Positions 54,747-62,682 of a stretch of DNA of 64,000 nt are shown piece by piece. The stretch is from a virus. A program made the position numbers and the translations under genes. The notes under the pieces were generated by a model. The model did no database searches and was not told where the DNA came from. It saw only the letters and a program-made list of their open reading frames with translations. Location: the IMG/VR virus record IMGVR_UViG_3300045988_147882; one strand, written 5' to 3'. The number at the start of each line of letters is the position of its first letter. The stretch's first letter is position 1.

Positions 54747-55535
54747 ATGACGAATGAACAAAGCGCAACGCTGCTTCGCTTGAATAAACAGGCACAAGTG
54801 GCAGCACTGAACGCCGTGGGCTTCTCGGATGTCACCGAGAATTCCCGCGCATCTGAATTTGGACAACGTATCAAGTGGGCCGCCGGTCTGCTTGATCTGC
54901 ATCTTGCCTGTAATCGTATTTCGGATAACTCCAAGGCATACTTTACTGCTGCCGAATGGAACTCCCTTACGCTCGCTAATAAGCAACTGTATATCAAACG
55001 TGGGCTTCGTATCCGTGCCCATGGACACTCCTTCGTAATCGCCGCCCAGGAGTGCTATAATGCCGATATGACTACTACCTTCTATTGGGGCGGTCAGGGT
55101 AAAGCCATAGACGGCCTGAACCAAAAAGGACTGGGTGCCATGTACGGCTGCTTCACGGGTGAGGAAGATACCGACCTGATTATCACCGGCCTGAAAGACC
55201 AAAACAATAGCGGTGTAATCGGTGCGCCGGCTGCCGAAGCCGCCCGTGCATACCGTGCCTACACTTTGGAAAGTGACGGTATCGAGGATGAATCCAACTG
55301 GTTCCTTCCTTCATCCGGCCAAATGCTTCTGATGTACCGCTACCGCGATAAAATCAATGAGATGATGCGTACCTTTTGGAGTAGTGACAGTATGCTGATG
55401 ACTGATAAATACTACTGGTCATCAACAATTTGGGATACTAACTCCGCCTGGGCGTTCGAACTGAATACCGGGCGTATTACGAATCAAAACAAAAATTCAG
55501 CCCTTCTTCATGTGAGAGCTGTTGCTTCCGAATAG
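54747..55535 (+). CDS. fibre-tip protein, non-diversified paralog of the DGR target (DUF1566/C-type-lectin-like C-terminus)
   Basis: Shares LLRLNKQ...TLESDGIED...YYWSST with the next gene but has no TR-matching segment. Confidence 0.7.
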   Translation: MTNEQSATLLRLNKQAQVAALNAVGFSDVTENSRASEFGQRIKWAAGLLDLHLACNRISDNSKAYFTAAEWNSLTLANKQLYIKRGLRIRAHGHSFVIAAQECYNADMTTTFYWGGQGKAIDGLNQKGLGAMYGCFTGEEDTDLIITGLKDQNNSGVIGAPAAEAARAYRAYTLESDGIEDESNWFLPSSGQMLLMYRYRDKINEMMRTFWSSDSMLMTDKYYWSSTIWDTNSAWAFELNTGRITNQNKNSALLHVRAVASE

Positions 55536-55560
55536 TATTAACTTAATATTATACAATAAA

Positions 55561-56370
55561 ATGGATAAAAATATCGCCAGCGCCATGCTTCTGCGCTTGA
55601 ATAAACAAGACCAGATAGAAGCCTTAAAATCAATAGGTTTTACAACCGTGAATGAAAACACCCCCGCAAGCGACATCGCCAAATATATGCAATGGTCAGG
55701 TACGCTTCTTGACCTTTCTTTGGCTACGCTCCGGATTGAAGACGGTGAACAAGTCTTTTTCACGGCTTCCGAATGGAACTCCATGAGCGCGAATAATCGC
55801 TCCAAGTATATCCGTATCGGCATCCGACTTCGCGCCGAATGCCACCAGTTCATTATCGCCAAAAGCGACTGCGTTGACGCAGGCGGCAATAAAACGTTCA
55901 AATGGGGTGGCTACGGAACTGACCTACGCGGCTTGAAAAACTACGGCAGTGGTAACCAAGGACTCTATGATACCTTCGACGGCAAGGAAAATACCGATGT
56001 TATAATAGAAACCCTTGCAGGCGTCAAGGACACCCAGGGAACTGTCGGCACCCCTGCCGCCGAAGTTGCCAGAGCCTATAAAGCCTGTACGCTTGAATCT
56101 GACGGAATTGAAGATACAACCGTGTGGAACCTGCCCGCATTGGGTGAACTTATGCTTATGGCCAAGTATAAAACCGAAATCAATGAGCTCATAACTTCTA
56201 TGTTTGGCAATCAAAATATATTTACAAACGACTGGTATTGGTCTAGTACCGAATATGACGCTTCCAGCAGTTGGTACGTGTACTTCGTCAGCGGCCACGT
56301 CAACGCGTACGGCCGCCAGTACGCGGGCCGGGTTCGTCCCCTCGCCGCAATAAACACTTTATCCCTTTAA
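55561..56370 (+). CDS. DGR target (variable) protein with C-terminal VR
   Basis: The last 37 codons contain a 91-nt segment matching the TR; Met at 55561 chosen within ORF 55522..56370. Confidence 0.8.
   Translation: MDKNIASAMLLRLNKQDQIEALKSIGFTTVNENTPASDIAKYMQWSGTLLDLSLATLRIEDGEQVFFTASEWNSMSANNRSKYIRIGIRLRAECHQFIIAKSDCVDAGGNKTFKWGGYGTDLRGLKNYGSGNQGLYDTFDGKENTDVIIETLAGVKDTQGTVGTPAAEVARAYKACTLESDGIEDTTVWNLPALGELMLMAKYKTEINELITSMFGNQNIFTNDWYWSSTEYDASSSWYVYFVSGHVNAYGRQYAGRVRPLAAINTLSL
56260..56350 (+). repeat. DGR variable repeat (VR)
   Basis: 91 nt aligned without gaps to 57017-57107. There are 14 mismatches, and the 3' 29 nt are identical and GC-rich (IMH-like). Confidence 0.85.
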
Positions 56371-56397
56371 TTCTTTGTCCCTTAGATAGTTAGCTAA

Positions 56398-56425
56398 ATA
56401 AAAGCCCCGGCAGGGGCTTTTTAGC
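56398..56425 (+). terminator. GC hairpin with 4-nt loop plus T tract downstream of VR (terminator and/or DGR target-recognition hairpin)
   Basis: aaaGCCCC-ggca-GGGGCttttt. Confidence 0.6.
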
Positions 56426-56516
56426 TTCACTTTTTTGAGCTAAAATTGTGTTAATTGCTTTACAGTTATTAACTTTGCCCCCTCTAATACATACATTAAA
56501 ATATTAAAAAATTAAC

Positions 56517-56924
56517 ATGGCACTTACACAAGACCTTCCTATATCAAATTCGATGTATAAGCTTCTGAACCTTATCATTGATGCCCGGCAACAATTCCCC
56601 AAGGCGTTCCGGTATGAATTTGGTACGGAGTTGATGATGCTTGCCGTTCATTGTTGCGAATATATCCGTTATGCAAATACAGATATGAACCTTGAGCATC
56701 GTGCAGATTATCTGATGAAGTTTTTGTGTGAGTTTGATGCATTGAAATTACTGCTAAGAGTGTGTGAAGAACGACATTTGACCAGCCTGACTCAAACTGC
56801 CGAAATCTGTCTGCTTGCAGAGAGCATCGGTAAGCAAAGTACCGGTTGGTACAAAAAAACGGTTGCAGATCTCCAACGGCAAAAAGCTAACGGATCGCAA
56901 CAAGTCGCAAAGCCGGAGTCATAA
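56517..56924 (+). CDS. avd: DGR accessory variability determinant (Avd, four-helix-bundle family)
   Basis: 135 aa helical protein between the target and TR/RT, with a basic C-terminal part (GKQSTGWYKK). Confidence 0.7.
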   Translation: MALTQDLPISNSMYKLLNLIIDARQQFPKAFRYEFGTELMMLAVHCCEYIRYANTDMNLEHRADYLMKFLCEFDALKLLLRVCEERHLTSLTQTAEICLLAESIGKQSTGWYKKTVADLQRQKANGSQQVAKPES

Positions 56925-56938
56925 TCGCCAAGGGGATT

Positions 56939-58360
56939 ATGAGTGAGCAATTAGAATTATTTATTGGGCATCCCCCCGGTGATGAGCCGGGAAAGACTAA
57001 GATAGCGGATGCAACGGCTTCCAGCAGTTGGAACGTGAACTTCAACAACGGCAGCGTCTACACGAACTACCGCCAGGGCGCGGGCCGGGTTCGTCCCCTC
57101 GCCGCAACAGGTAATATAATCTATGACATACTTCTTAGCAGTATTTTCGAAGCATCCGAAGATTGTGCCAGACAGAAAAGAACGAGTACGGATTGTGTTG
57201 AGTTTTATAATGATTATCAGTCTGCATTGGTGCGGCTATGGTATTCTATTATTTACGGTGAATATGTACCGGACTTTTCAAAAGTATTCATACGGACTTA
57301 CCCGGTATATCGGGAGGTTTTTGCCGCCGCTTTCATTGATCGTGTTGTCCATCACTGGATCGCTCTTCGTATCGAGCCGATTTTAGAGGAACGTTTTCGG
57401 GAACAAGGGAACGTCTCGAAGAACTGCCGGAAAGGTGAGGGATGTCTGTCTGCCGTGCACTATCTGAATAACATGATAGTCGAGGTCAGTGAGAATTATA
57501 CTGCCGATGCGTACATTTTCAAAGATGACCTGTTTAGTTTCTTCATGTCTATCTCGAAATCGTTGGTATGGGAAATGCTGAACATATTCGTAAGGGACAA
57601 TTATAAAGGCGATGATATTGAATGTCTGCTTTACCTTCTAGCCGTTACTATCTTTCATTGTCCACAAAATAAGTGTATCAGACGCTCTCCCGTCTCCATG
57701 TGGGACAAACTTCCCAGTAATAAAAGTCTGTTTCATAATGACCCTGACAGGGGAGTGGCTATCGGGAACCTGCCGTCGCAACTCATAGCCAACTTTCTGG
57801 CGTCTGTATATGATTATTTCGTGATGGAAATACTGGGATTCATATATTATGTACGCTTTGTTGATGACTTTTGTATCGTAGTGAAATCACCGGAAGAAAT
57901 ATTGTCCAAAGTCCATCTTCTTGATGGTTTCCTGAAAGAACAACTCCTTTTACGGTTGCATCCACGCAAACTGTATCTTCAGCATTATAAAAAAGGAGTC
58001 TTGTTTGTAGGGGCGTTCATTTTGCCTGGTAGAATTTATGTATCTAACAGGGTGGTTGGTAACACATATAACGCTGTCAGGAAATTTAATAGAATAGCTG
58101 AAAATGGATTTGCAGAAGCGTATGTTGAGAAGTTTGTGAGTACGATGAACTCTTATTATGGCCTGATGAAACACTTTGCAACGTACAATATCCGCCGTAA
58201 AATTGCAGCGATGTTGCTTCCTGAATGGTGGGAATATGTTTATATCGAAGGACATTTTGAAAAGTTTGTATTGAAGAATAAATATAACCATAGAAAACAA
58301 CTAATTAAACATATCAAAAAACATGGATCAAAAAAATATCTTACCGCGTGGGATTGCTAA
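56939..58360 (+). CDS. DGR reverse transcriptase (the ORF includes the TR in its 5' part)
   Basis: IGNLPSQ (DGR-type [ILV]GxxxSQ), YVRFVDDF (YxDD box) and DRVVHHW. Confidence 0.9.
   Translation: MSEQLELFIGHPPGDEPGKTKIADATASSSWNVNFNNGSVYTNYRQGAGRVRPLAATGNIIYDILLSSIFEASEDCARQKRTSTDCVEFYNDYQSALVRLWYSIIYGEYVPDFSKVFIRTYPVYREVFAAAFIDRVVHHWIALRIEPILEERFREQGNVSKNCRKGEGCLSAVHYLNNMIVEVSENYTADAYIFKDDLFSFFMSISKSLVWEMLNIFVRDNYKGDDIECLLYLLAVTIFHCPQNKCIRRSPVSMWDKLPSNKSLFHNDPDRGVAIGNLPSQLIANFLASVYDYFVMEILGFIYYVRFVDDFCIVVKSPEEILSKVHLLDGFLKEQLLLRLHPRKLYLQHYKKGVLFVGAFILPGRIYVSNRVVGNTYNAVRKFNRIAENGFAEAYVEKFVSTMNSYYGLMKHFATYNIRRKIAAMLLPEWWEYVYIEGHFEKFVLKNKYNHRKQLIKHIKKHGSKKYLTAWDC
57017..57107 (+). repeat. DGR template repeat (TR)
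   Basis: Lies between avd and the RT core and retains five AAC codons. 9 of its 19 adenines differ from the VR. Confidence 0.8.
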
Positions 58361-58601
58361 GCCTATCGAGCAACAGCCGGACGGAACCTGGATTGTGCGT
58401 CATCACTTCCGGGTGGTTGGTACCAATGAGAATGGTGAGGAACTAGTAACTTTTGCCAGTTCGGAATATCCCGAGAAACCTACCTTGCAACAGATTCAAA
58501 GAAGTATTGACCGCTATCGGGTGTGTCTAACAATGTATGGAGATACAATTTCAGACGAAATAGAAAAGGTTGATCTTTCCGTGTATATGTTTACGGATTA
58601 A
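58323..58601 (+). CDS. hypothetical protein (92 aa) overlapping the RT 3' end
   Basis: ORF with a terminator directly downstream. Confidence 0.45.
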   Translation: MDQKNILPRGIAKPIEQQPDGTWIVRHHFRVVGTNENGEELVTFASSEYPEKPTLQQIQRSIDRYRVCLTMYGDTISDEIEKVDLSVYMFTD

Positions 58602-58625
58602 TAGTTCAATTTGTTGGTTGTTTTA

Positions 58626-58652
58626 GGGGTGCTTTTCAAGCATCCCTTTTTT
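58626..58652 (+). terminator. Rho-independent terminator ending the DGR operon
   Basis: GGGGTGCTT-ttc-AAGCATCCC followed by TTTTTT. Confidence 0.8.
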
Positions 58653-58756
58653 ATTTATGGAAAAAGTAAAAATTATAATGTCTTGTTTTATAGATATTTA
58701 TCATAGAATTGATTTCCAAGATTTTCCGTTTTTGTAAAACTCGTTATTATACTCAA

Positions 58757-58764
58757 TACATTTG
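58757..58764 (+). promoter_or_regulatory. -7 box TACATTTG upstream of the lysis cassette
   Basis: TAnnTTTG match 35 nt before ATG 58800. Confidence 0.5.
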
Positions 58765-58799
58765 TTCCATACAGAATATTTTATTAATAATTAAACGCT

Positions 58800-59093
58800 A
58801 TGAGTATGGGTATAAAAGTATTGTATGATTGGATTTTGCAATCTAACCGACCGGCACACGCCAAAGCCGGGATGTTCGTCTTTGTTGTAATGCTTGTTTT
58901 CTGTTTCCTTCTATTAGGCATTGATTTCTGTAAATCTGCTATTGTTTCTTTAACGACAACCGCCATTGCCGCAATAGTGGTTGAGTACATTCAGAAAAAG
59001 TGCGGGTTCATCTTTGATTGGCTTGACGCATTAGCTACTGTTTTGCTTCCTGGGCTGATTACTGTGTTTTCAATATTGGTAGTAACTTTATGA
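58800..59093 (+). CDS. holin-like membrane protein (97 aa)
   Basis: Three hydrophobic helices; first gene of the lysis cassette. Confidence 0.5.
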   Translation: MSMGIKVLYDWILQSNRPAHAKAGMFVFVVMLVFCFLLLGIDFCKSAIVSLTTTAIAAIVVEYIQKKCGFIFDWLDALATVLLPGLITVFSILVVTL

Positions 59094-59617
59094 TTAATAT
59101 TATGAGATGGTTATATGAGCTATTTAATGTAGACCAGATACGAATTATTTTCGTTTCGATGTTCAGTTCTCTTCTTGCTTATTTAACGCCGACTAAAGGT
59201 TTTCTTATAGCATTAGTTATAATGTTTGGATTTAATATTTGGTGCGGAATGAGGGCTGATGGTGTTTCAATTATACGTTGTAAAAACTTTAAGTGGGATA
59301 AGTTTAAAAATGCCTTGGTTGAACTTCTTCTCTATCTTATAATCATTGAAGTAGTCTTCTCCTTTATGAGCTTGATAGGAGACGGTGAGAACTCATTGTT
59401 AGTTATTAAGACTATTACGTATGTATTTTCTTATGTATATCTTCAGAACGCATTTAAGAATCTGATTATTGCTTATCCTAGAAACAAAGGGTTTCGTATA
59501 ATTTACCATGTAATACGTTTTGAATTTAAGCGGGCTACGCCTACACATGTACAAGGAATTATTGATAGAATCGAAAACGAACTAGATAAAGAGGAAAGAT
59601 ATGAAAATATTGATTGA
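59090..59617 (+). CDS. phage holin-family membrane protein (175 aa)
   Basis: Multiple TM helices; ATGA-coupled; upstream of the amidase. Confidence 0.5.
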   Translation: MINIMRWLYELFNVDQIRIIFVSMFSSLLAYLTPTKGFLIALVIMFGFNIWCGMRADGVSIIRCKNFKWDKFKNALVELLLYLIIIEVVFSFMSLIGDGENSLLVIKTITYVFSYVYLQNAFKNLIIAYPRNKGFRIIYHVIRFEFKRATPTHVQGIIDRIENELDKEERYENID

Positions 59618-60179
59618 TAACGGTCACGGTAGCAATACTCCGGGTAAGTGTTCTCCGGATGGCAGGTTAAGGGAATACTCTTATACCCGTGAAATTGCTG
59701 GGCGTGTAGTATTTGAATTGCGTAAATTAGGTATTGATGCGGAACTGGTCGTGAAAGAGGAAATAGATGTTCCTTTGTCAGAACGTTGTAGGCGAGTGAA
59801 TGAATATAAGACTTCTGAAGCAATTCTTATTTCTATCCATTGCAATGCAGCCGGTAATGGTTCAAATTGGATGCAAGCACGTGGTTGGGAAGCATGGACC
59901 AGTGTGGGACAGACAAAAGCCGATAAGCTGGCTGACTGTCTGTATGCTACTGCTGAAGAATATTTGTTTGGAATGAAAATACGGAAGGATATGGCAGACG
60001 GTGATCCAGATAAGGAGAGTAGTTTTTATATCTTGAAGCATACGAAGTGTCCGGCTGTTCTGACGGAGAATCTGTTTCAGGATAACAAAGAAGATGTGGA
60101 TTTCCTGCTGTCAGAGGAGGGGAAACGGACTATTGTCTCTCTTCATGTGAAAGGTATTTGTAAATATCTGAAAGTATGA
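59601..60179 (+). CDS. N-acetylmuramoyl-L-alanine amidase (endolysin)
   Basis: IDNGHGSNTPGK, SIHCNA and PAVLTENLFQDN are typical of the Amidase_3 family. Confidence 0.85.
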   Translation: MKILIDNGHGSNTPGKCSPDGRLREYSYTREIAGRVVFELRKLGIDAELVVKEEIDVPLSERCRRVNEYKTSEAILISIHCNAAGNGSNWMQARGWEAWTSVGQTKADKLADCLYATAEEYLFGMKIRKDMADGDPDKESSFYILKHTKCPAVLTENLFQDNKEDVDFLLSEEGKRTIVSLHVKGICKYLKV

Positions 60180-60694
60180 AAATGCTAATCTATATAACCA
60201 TGTTCCTGATGTCAGGAATATGGTTTACTTCCTGCAAAACTTCTCATAGCATTGAGTCACAAAAGCAGATTGACTATTCAGGGGATTTTTTGTATTTGCG
60301 AAACTTAATTGAATCATTACAGCTGGATGTGAATAAGCAAACGAAAGTTACTACTGACAAGTTGAGTGATCTGAAAATTGAGAATAAAACAGTTTACTTG
60401 TCGCTTCCGGATTCAACCGGAAAACAGTATCTAGTCAAAGAAAGTACTACCACCGCTTCCAAACAGGAGCAAGAACGGAGTGAAGTTGATGAAACATTAT
60501 CCATTACTTTGCAGCAGTTCTCGAATCGACTTGATACTATAAGTAACAAGGTGAATGCTTTACTAAATCAAAGAGAGAAGGTAGTCGAGTTATCTTGGTG
60601 GGATTTACATAAAGATAAAGTTTATATAGGAGTAATTATTTTGATTATTATCTGTTGGCTAGCGTATGGATTAAGAAAGAAGCCATTTTGTTGA
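60176..60694 (+). CDS. unimolecular spanin candidate (lipoprotein signal plus C-terminal TM helix)
   Basis: Lipobox-like WFTSC at the N-terminus; C-terminal VYIGVIILIIICWLAYGL. Confidence 0.5.
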   Translation: MKMLIYITMFLMSGIWFTSCKTSHSIESQKQIDYSGDFLYLRNLIESLQLDVNKQTKVTTDKLSDLKIENKTVYLSLPDSTGKQYLVKESTTTASKQEQERSEVDETLSITLQQFSNRLDTISNKVNALLNQREKVVELSWWDLHKDKVYIGVIILIIICWLAYGLRKKPFC

Positions 60695-60753
60695 GAATAC
60701 AATTCTTGATTAAAAATATATGGTTAAAAATACAATATTTGAGAAATAATATA

Positions 60754-60761
60754 TATATTTG
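60754..60761 (+). promoter_or_regulatory. -7 box TATATTTG
   Basis: TAnnTTTG match upstream of 60860. Confidence 0.4.
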
Positions 60762-60859
60762 CAACTGTATAAACAAGTGCCTTCGTGCCGGAATACAAAG
60801 AAAATGTGTTCCGGCATATTTTTTGCTCGGAATGCTAATATTAATTAAAAAAAAATATT

Positions 60860-61063
60860 ATGAAAGAAGAAAAACTACAACCAGGCAAGGAGGTCAAGTT
60901 GACGTTGGAGAGCGGAAAAGAATTTGAAGGAAGAATAATAAGTAGAAGTGGTATTGGTGATGTCGATAATTATGTTCCTTCTTTGGAAGTTATTCAAATT
61001 GAAAATGTTGAGGGGGTATTGGAAGCTTCACTCTCTCAAATTAAGGATGGTTCCGAAAGGTAA
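60860..61063 (+). CDS. hypothetical protein (67 aa)
   Basis: ORF followed by a strong terminator. Confidence 0.45.
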   Translation: MKEEKLQPGKEVKLTLESGKEFEGRIISRSGIGDVDNYVPSLEVIQIENVEGVLEASLSQIKDGSER

Positions 61064-61076
61064 TAGAAAGAATTAA

Positions 61077-61102
61077 AGGCAGCTTACTAGGCTGCCTTTT
61101 TT
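61077..61102 (+). terminator. Rho-independent terminator
   Basis: AGGCAGC-ttactag-GCTGCCT followed by TTTTT. Confidence 0.8.
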
Positions 61103-61184
61103 GTAATCCTTCCAATCAACAACACACGAATCAACAAACTCTCAAGAAGGGTTACATAAGATAGTACTAATATATAATTGAAAA

Positions 61185-61210
61185 GTTCGGTAAGGATATA
61201 AAAAAGTGAG
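61185..61210 (+). repeat. Direct repeat, left copy, flanking the Abi-like cassette
   Basis: GTTCGGTAAGGATATAAAAAAGTGAG, compared with GTTCGGTAGAAATAAAAAAGTGAG at 62515. Confidence 0.7.
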
Positions 61211-61397
61211 CACTTTTCTTTTAAGTCAAGTATAGCTATAATTGGTGAGCACTTATATTATATTGTTTGCTGTGATAAATAGGAACAAACTTTAGTACCT
61301 TTGGAATCTATTATTTCTGGAAATATTTTTTATTTATCAAAATCATGATTATATTTGAATTGATAATATTGTTTTAAAACTTATTAGATTTTGATTT

Positions 61398-62510
61398 ATG
61401 ATAAGAATGAAAAGAAATGTAAAAGGTTGGCTCGTTTGGGGAACTGTCATCCTCATATTAATTATAATAGTCATTTTAGCTTTCTATTTTATTCAGACCA
61501 AAGGTAAGTTTGCGGATAAACAGACCGACTGGGGTGAGTTTGGAAGTCTATTAGGAGCGATTGCAGGATTAATAGCATTCGTCGGAGTTTTATTTACATT
61601 AAGACAGAATAAACAGCAATTCTTGAATAGCGAGGATAGAGCTGTCTTTTTTGAGTTGCTTAGGATTTTTATTTCATATCGGGATGCCTTGCAAGTGAAA
61701 AGAATAGATTGGGTATATGATGAAAAACAATGTGAATGGAAAATAACTCCTTACAATGAGTTTTGTACACCAGAAAAAACTTATCGACAGATTTATGTAG
61801 AGTTATACCATACTTTCTATTTGGAAATAAGAAGAGGTATTCCTGAAAATTTTTCCAAAGAGGAATTTGTAAGGAGGATTATTCCCCAAAATATGTCTAA
61901 AGAGCAATGGATGCTTATATATGGTCAATTGAAGGCTGCCATTAACAACATTTATTCAGAGCATGAATTTGGAATACATAAAGGAAAGATTAATATTTAT
62001 CCTGTACATATAAACACTTATGATTACCTCTGTTTAAATGCGATTAAGATCTATTTTGAACAGAATAATTTCAAGCCCATAGCTGAAGCTTGTGCTAAAG
62101 CCGCTGATCATTGTTTTGCCCCATATAAAAATCAACTTGGCACATATTTTAGGAATGCTTATTATATTTTGGAAATGACTTCGGAATTCACTTCGCCCCT
62201 AAAATATTCGAATATATTTCGAGCGCAACTGTCAAAGTATGAACTTGTGTTGTTGTTTTTTAACTCATTTAGTTCATTATCAACAATTGAGACACGAAGG
62301 TTATACTTGAATGCCGATTTGTTCAATAACCTTGAGTTGAAAGATGTGCGATTGAAAGAGGGGATAAATGATGAATCTGTATCCCGCCGAATGGAATATA
62401 TACATTTTCCACCAGTCTTGTTTCAAAAGGCAAACAAAAACGAATATATGTCTAGTGATTTGTTGGAAAAATTGTACAATGTGATTCTTCCAGAAAATAA
62501 TATACTATAG
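61398..62510 (+). CDS. membrane protein resembling putative abortive-infection (AbiC-like) proteins
   Basis: Two N-terminal TM helices and about 300 aa of AT-rich helical body in a moron position; family assignment is from memory only. Confidence 0.35.
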   Translation: MIRMKRNVKGWLVWGTVILILIIIVILAFYFIQTKGKFADKQTDWGEFGSLLGAIAGLIAFVGVLFTLRQNKQQFLNSEDRAVFFELLRIFISYRDALQVKRIDWVYDEKQCEWKITPYNEFCTPEKTYRQIYVELYHTFYLEIRRGIPENFSKEEFVRRIIPQNMSKEQWMLIYGQLKAAINNIYSEHEFGIHKGKINIYPVHINTYDYLCLNAIKIYFEQNNFKPIAEACAKAADHCFAPYKNQLGTYFRNAYYILEMTSEFTSPLKYSNIFRAQLSKYELVLLFFNSFSSLSTIETRRLYLNADLFNNLELKDVRLKEGINDESVSRRMEYIHFPPVLFQKANKNEYMSSDLLEKLYNVILPENNIL

Positions 62511-62514
62511 AATG

Positions 62515-62538
62515 TTCGGTAGAAATAAAAAAGTGAGG
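62515..62538 (+). repeat. Direct repeat, right copy, flanking the Abi-like cassette
   Basis: See 61185..61210. Confidence 0.7.
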
Positions 62539-62555
62539 GGAACCACCCCCTCACC
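62534..62555 (+). terminator. Hairpin GTGAGGGG/CCCCTCAC (no T tract)
   Basis: Perfect 8-bp stem directly after the stop of 61398..62510. Confidence 0.4.
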
Positions 62556-62635
62556 AAAGTCAAACCAAAATAATCCGAATTATGTCCGTATTATCTTGAT
62601 GTTGCAAAGATACAATTATTTTTCGATTAGACAAT

Positions 62636-62665
62636 AAAAATCCCTGCATCGGCTCAATGCAGGGA
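62636..62665 (-). terminator. Rho-independent terminator for the minus-strand integration module
   Basis: TCCCTGCAT-cggctca-ATGCAGGGA with a T tract on the minus strand. Confidence 0.7.
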
Positions 62666-62682
62666 TGGTGTCAAATAAGAGC

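Noticed and set aside
54747-55535. First tip paralog as a second DGR target
   Set aside because: Its 3' end has no nucleotide match to the TR (no GGGCCGGGTTCGTCCCCTCGCC segment). The similarity to the VR protein is only at fold level.
49044-55901. Numerous 60-184-aa antisense or alternative-frame ORFs (for example 49126..49659, 51172..51726, 52771..53316, 54678..55202, 55497..55901)
   Set aside because: All overlap long plus-strand genes with coherent protein sequence. They are explained by the G+C-rich composition of this block and have no start context or coupling.
13164-62510. Genome-wide reassignment of TAG, suggested by the amber codon in the DUF551-like gene and the tRNA-like array
   Set aside because: TAG ends at least eight well-supported genes (stops at 13166, 18111, 29251, 35507, 42734, 47241, 55535 and 62510) with out-of-frame or unrelated downstream sequence. 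Late genes are intact in the standard code.
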